Source of the DNA: an uncultured Verrucomicrobiae bacterium
GTDB taxonomy: Bacteria; Verrucomicrobiota; Verrucomicrobiia; Chthoniobacterales; UBA10450
NCBI GenBank assembly: GCA_963735805.1
Contig: CAVTMK010000002.1
Coordinates: 928,001 to 992,000, forward strand
Length of the DNA stretch: 64,000 nucleotides
Direction: 5' to 3'
A program made the position numbers and the translations under genes. Shown here piece after piece: positions 61,001-64,000 of this stretch (its first letter is position 1; the number at the start of each line of letters is the position of its first letter). The notes under the pieces are model-generated. The model saw nothing but the letters and a program-made list of their open reading frames with translations. It ran no database searches and was not told the DNA's origin.

Positions 61001-61354
61001 CGGATTCTGATCAGAAGTGTGATTGATGACCAGTTCCGTGATAACCCGCAGATTGCGCTGGTGCGCCGCATCAAGGAATGCGCGGAAATCGTCCAGCGTT
61101 CCATAGTTTGGATTGACGTCGAAGTAATTGGCGATGTCATATCCGTCATCGCGGAGTGGGGAGGGATAAAACGGCAGCAGCCAGATGGCCGTAATGCCGA
61201 GTTCTTGAAGATAATCCAGTTTTTCGATTACACCGCGGAAGTCTCCCATCCCGTCGCCGTCGCTATCGCAAAACGTTTTGACATGCATCTCGTAGATGAT
61301 TGCATCTTTGTACCACAACGGATCCACGCTCGTTTGAGTCTCCCCTGTCGCCAT
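58043..61354 (-). CDS. treS: Trehalose synthase-maltokinase fusion (TreS-Mak/Pep2)
   Basis: WYKDAIIYE, LRDDGYD, RLDAIPY, FLRNHDELTLEMV; C-terminal EQSNSS, IHGDYHLGQ, DFEGEP. Confidence 0.95.
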   Translation of the reverse strand: MATGETQTSVDPLWYKDAIIYEMHVKTFCDSDGDGMGDFRGVIEKLDYLQELGITAIWLLPFYPSPLRDDGYDIANYFDVNPNYGTLDDFRAFLDAAHQRNLRVITELVINHTSDQNPWFQKSRRAVTAAGAGGSSNDTAYKHFYVWSDTPEKYKDARIIFKDFETSNWAWDPVAKAYYWHRFYSHQPDLNFDNPAVHEAVEKVCDFWLGLGVDGLRLDAIPYLYERENTSCENLPETHEYLRKLRAHVDAKFPNRMLLSEANQWPEDAVAYFGKGDESHMNFHFPLMPRMFMALQMEDRFPIIDILEQTPSVPEGCQWAMFLRNHDELTLEMVTDEERDYMYRVYATDPHARINLGIRRRLAPLLANSRRKIELLNTLLFSMPGTPIIYYGDEIGMGDNFYLGDRNGCRTPMQWSSDRNAGFSRANPQQLYLPITIDPEYHYEAVNVENQQKNLSSLLWWTRRVIAMRKNFKAFSRGSLEFLYPDNPKVLAFLRRYEDEIILVIVNLSRFAQSAELDLSRFTSYVPMEVFSRNLFRPIRKSRYVITLGPHAYYWFALQAPTDGRRAPRKKAVPVINGPMELATLLANGQRAVIEREILPRYLQTCRWFGSKARTFRDLKVVEQPAISDDANSAQLWFVEVNYLDAPTETYVLPVKSASGEAARAVSQAAPHAIIARSGDNGENILFDATWDAKCRSRLFEAIVRRQSMKARAGELVGITAKAFEADQSTNPENSQVLSAEQSNSSMLFDNKFFLKLYRKIEDGVNPDVEINRFLTEHTSFPNVPAFVGAIEYRRSKTEPTVVCLLQSAVVNEGDGWTLTLDAVGRYYERVLARKADLQNEITPPGALLDELIGGVYPEKIKLLGQRTGELHLALASYPEDPAFRPEPFNAMAQRSVYQNMRASLRRAFILLEKKLPDLPAAFRDEAKEVLGAEQEILAREKRLVDRHTNAAKIRIHGDYHLGQLLYTGKDFVILDFEGEPARPLSERKLKRSALRDVAGMMRSFQYAAYSALWQPAMRKEDVPFLERWADFWYRQLGSVFLRSYLKTTGSAVFIPENTEDLQIMLEAYLLDKAVYEIGYELNNRPSWVVIPVRGIKHILKSV

Positions 61355-61558
61355 GTGTTTAATCTTTGCCGCACAAGACGCTCGACGCAATCATCGTTCT
61401 TCGGTTGCTGGTAAGATTCATCGCGGCGCAATCCGAGTGTATTGGCCAGGCAGCGCTTCAAAACCGGTGGACGAACCCATTTGCGCAGATTAAGAGACTA
61501 AATGACGTGTCCTTGCGAGCGGCCGGCTGATGGATTTTTTGCCACTTTCTGACCTCTC

Positions 61559-62236
61559 ATGGGACGATCCAAAGTCATTTCTTCCACTCGCCCTAAAAAC
61601 AAGAAGAAGGTACGCGTGCCAACGTCGCGGACACAACGCTTCTCTGTTGCGCCGCCGCTGGAACCCGGGGCTCCGACTGACTTGGAATTGATGAGGGCGA
61701 TCCAGGCCGAGGACCCCGATGCGCTCGCTCAGCTCTACGATCGATACAACGGCATTTTGAAGGCGCTTATCTTAAGGGTGATTCACAATGAAGCCGAGGC
61801 CGACGATCTCTTACAAGAGATTTTCATGGAGATTTGGAATCAGGCGAAAAACTTTTCGTCGCAAAAAGGCAAACCACTCGGCTGGATGGTGACATTAGCT
61901 CGGCGCCGGGCGATTGACGGTCTGCGGAAGAAGCAGGCCTATGCGCGAGCGGAGGAGCGCCTGCAAAATGAAACCGAACAGCAGCCTGACGCCTGGGTGC
62001 ATAATACCACTGAAGAGGAGATCGTGCTGAGTGACACACGGGCTCTTATACGCAAGGTGATTAGCGGGCTTCCGCCAGCCCAACAGCAGGCGATCGACCT
62101 TGCATTTTTCCGGGGGATGAGCCAGCGCGAAATTGCCGCTAAAACGAATACACCTTTAGGAACGGTAAAGACCAGGCTTGAACTTGGACTTAAAAAAATT
62201 TATGACGGCCTCAAGGAGTTAAAAGGTGAACTTTAA
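61559..62236 (+). CDS. ECF RNA polymerase sigma factor (SigK-like)
   Basis: ALAQLYDRY, DLLQEIFMEIW, RRRAIDGLR, SQREIA..PLGTVKTR. Confidence 0.93.
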   Translation: MGRSKVISSTRPKNKKKVRVPTSRTQRFSVAPPLEPGAPTDLELMRAIQAEDPDALAQLYDRYNGILKALILRVIHNEAEADDLLQEIFMEIWNQAKNFSSQKGKPLGWMVTLARRRAIDGLRKKQAYARAEERLQNETEQQPDAWVHNTTEEEIVLSDTRALIRKVISGLPPAQQQAIDLAFFRGMSQREIAAKTNTPLGTVKTRLELGLKKIYDGLKELKGEL

Positions 62237-62462
62237 GGAATTCCAGAACCGATCACGCCTCTACGTCATTGGTGCGCTGGAGTCGGAAGAGCTGGAGGAA
62301 TTCGAAAAAGCGCGGAAGAAGTTCGGAAAAAAAGCCGAGGATTACATCAGCGAATGCTACGGACTGCACGAAGCGTTCGCACTGAGTCTGCGTCCAGCAA
62401 AAGCATCAGCTGCAATCAAAGAACGCCTCATGGCAATGGTTCGGGCACGGAAGGAGGGCTAG
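62226..62462 (+). CDS. Small soluble anti-sigma-like protein (RskA N-terminal-like)
   Basis: Overlaps the sigma gene end; LYVIGALESEELEEFE...P..AIKERLM. Confidence 0.65.
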   Translation: MNFKEFQNRSRLYVIGALESEELEEFEKARKKFGKKAEDYISECYGLHEAFALSLRPAKASAAIKERLMAMVRARKEG

Positions 62463-62479
62463 CCGCTGCCCGTGCTTTC

Positions 62480-62971
62480 TCAATCACCCGGATCGCGCAG
62501 AATAAATTCCTGGAGAAAACCGTAGAAGTTTATCTGAAACAAGCTCAGGTCTCGGCGCGATCCTATGGGCGAGCGAAAGTGATCGCTCAACTCGGTTTCG
62601 GTGAAGTTATTTTTTGCAGCTATCATCAACCGCGCCTGGTTGAGCGCGCTCAGCCAGGCATCAGTATGTTTGGCGGGAATGCGCAGAGTTCGGTTGGCTA
62701 AACTTTTTTCGTTGCCATTTAGTTGTTCCAAATCGGCTGTGACCGTTTCGGTGGCAGTCTCAAAAAGACGCCGCAGTTCAGGTTCAACATATACTTTCCA
62801 CTCCGCGCACAACTCGGTTTCCTCTGCATTCGTCGGAGGACTGAAGAGGCGCTTCTCGGCAGCCGGTTGACCGTCTGGACTGGTGCTTGAAGGGATTTGT
62901 CGAAGCAGTTCTGCGAGAAACGGATCCAGCTCGGAAATCTCAATATGGTCTTTGCGCCTGCAAATTTCCAT
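62480..62971 (-). CDS. DUF2017-like protein
   Basis: RLFSPP, EWKVYVEPELR, WLSALNQARL; starts 1 nt after the clpS stop. Confidence 0.7.
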   Translation of the reverse strand: MEICRRKDHIEISELDPFLAELLRQIPSSTSPDGQPAAEKRLFSPPTNAEETELCAEWKVYVEPELRRLFETATETVTADLEQLNGNEKSLANRTLRIPAKHTDAWLSALNQARLMIAAKNNFTETELSDHFRSPIGSRRDLSLFQINFYGFLQEFILRDPGD

Positions 62972-62972
62972 A

Positions 62973-63347
62973 TCAGCTGGTTTTCTCGAGTGTGGCGAGG
63001 AGGAGATAACCATGCAACTGCTGGACGTAAAGTTCGGCAGGCTCTCGCATGCCAGCCCATAGGATCGAACGTCCGTTGTGATGAACCTCCAACATATGTC
63101 TTTCTGCTTTTTCGCGCGGATAGCCAAAGACCCGTTGAAAAACCATTGTCACATAGCTCATCAAATTCACGGGGTCGTTATGGACCACTACCTGCCAGGG
63201 GATATCGAGATCTTCTTCCGAAAGCGTTTCCTCGGCAGGTTCGACAGTTGTTACAGAGCCAGTCTTCTCGTCCAAAACGTGAGTCGTTTCCTCTAGTCTT
63301 TCACTCTGCGCCAGGCATCCAAGGTTCCGCCGCAGCTCGCGACTCAT
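62973..63347 (-). CDS. clpS: ATP-dependent Clp protease adaptor ClpS (start uncertain, may be about 63275)
   Basis: WQVVVHNDPVNLMSYV, MLEVHHNG, QQLH. Confidence 0.88.
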   Translation of the reverse strand: MSRELRRNLGCLAQSERLEETTHVLDEKTGSVTTVEPAEETLSEEDLDIPWQVVVHNDPVNLMSYVTMVFQRVFGYPREKAERHMLEVHHNGRSILWAGMREPAELYVQQLHGYLLLATLEKTS

Positions 63348-63453
63348 AGCCAAAACGCTAACATACGACGCTCTCAGTTCAAACAAGCTGTAGCGATCGG
63401 TGACAGCTGATGGTACGCGTTCACGGACGAAAACCGCGCGGTGCGTTCAGCGC

Positions 63454-63912
63454 TCACAAAGCGCCGCTGCAGGTCGTCAGGATTTCTTTCTGGGCCCTCT
63501 CCATCCTTCGCGACCCGGTCTGCGTCTGATCGTCGAAGCCATGCAAATGCAAAAGGCCATGGGCGATATAGAGCGGAAGCTCGCGCGCGAGCGAAGTCCC
63601 AAACGTGCTAGCATGGCGCTTCGCTGTTTCAACGCTGATAAAAATCTCACCATGTTGAAACGTAAGGACATCGGTTGGACCCGCTTGGTGCATGAATTTG
63701 CGATGTAACGATGCCATTCGGCGATCTGAAATGAGCCAGATGAAAATCTCGTGCAGTTCACTCAAGTCCGTTCGTTTTCGTTTGTGCAATTGCAAACAGC
63801 AGCGCATCGCTTTCGCGGCGAAATCTTGAAGGTCGCCAATATTGACGCGAGTTTTTCGCTGAAGATTGCACACACTGATTTTGGGAGATGCGACCGATTT
63901 CAAATCGTTCAC
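63454..63912 (-). CDS. ybeY: rRNA maturation endoribonuclease YbeY
   Basis: PTDVLTF, GEIFIS, HGLLHLHGFDD. Confidence 0.9.
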   Translation of the reverse strand: MNDLKSVASPKISVCNLQRKTRVNIGDLQDFAAKAMRCCLQLHKRKRTDLSELHEIFIWLISDRRMASLHRKFMHQAGPTDVLTFQHGEIFISVETAKRHASTFGTSLARELPLYIAHGLLHLHGFDDQTQTGSRRMERAQKEILTTCSGAL

Positions 63913-64000
63913 TCACTGACCTGTGAATTCTTCTTCACGCCGGCGGTCTTTGCTCCGATTGAAAATTGCGAGTAATCAATCGTGCGCCTTTATCGAATGT

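Noticed and set aside
63913..64000. 3' end of a minus-strand gene upstream of ybeY
   Set aside because: Too short to fix the frame or assign a product.

Overview
A 64 kb core-chromosome segment, most likely from a soil Verrucomicrobiota (Chthoniobacterales / Ca. Udaeobacter-like) bacterium. The taxon is inferred from gene content and repeat style, not from a search. In order it holds: an S74-chaperone beta-helix fibre protein, tRNA-Ile2(CAT), a poly-HAMP hybrid kinase, dapF-dapA-dapB-folK-panB plus an OmpA-domain protein, a type IV filament locus (two PilB/GspE, PilC/GspF, a pilin), glmS/glgC, lpxD, parA, udgX, tgt, and the str-S10-spc-alpha ribosomal supercluster. That cluster lacks tuf, rpsN, rpmD, rpoA and rplQ and has a non-ribosomal gene between rpsS and rplV. 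Then follow the futalosine genes mqnE/mqnA, recJ-recG, a frameshifted htrA, a CADD-type protein, a treS-mak fusion, two ECF sigma factors and clpS/ybeY. I found no prophage, integrase, IS, CRISPR array or rRNA. The most notable unexplained signals are: (1) several families of short palindromic REP-like elements and 7/8-mer microrepeats, some in frame inside tgt, mqnA and the pilin leader; (2) a membrane coiled-coil/beta-barrel gene inside the S10 operon with a paralogue at 22 kb; (3) SecY with an extra C-terminal hydrophobic helix; (4) a TonB-type S-x3-H anchor joined to an OmpA peptidoglycan-binding domain; (5) a probable divergent NlpC/P60 hydrolase opposite the dap operon; (6) a tiny Arg/Lys-rich ORF directly before a Rae1/YacP-like nuclease.
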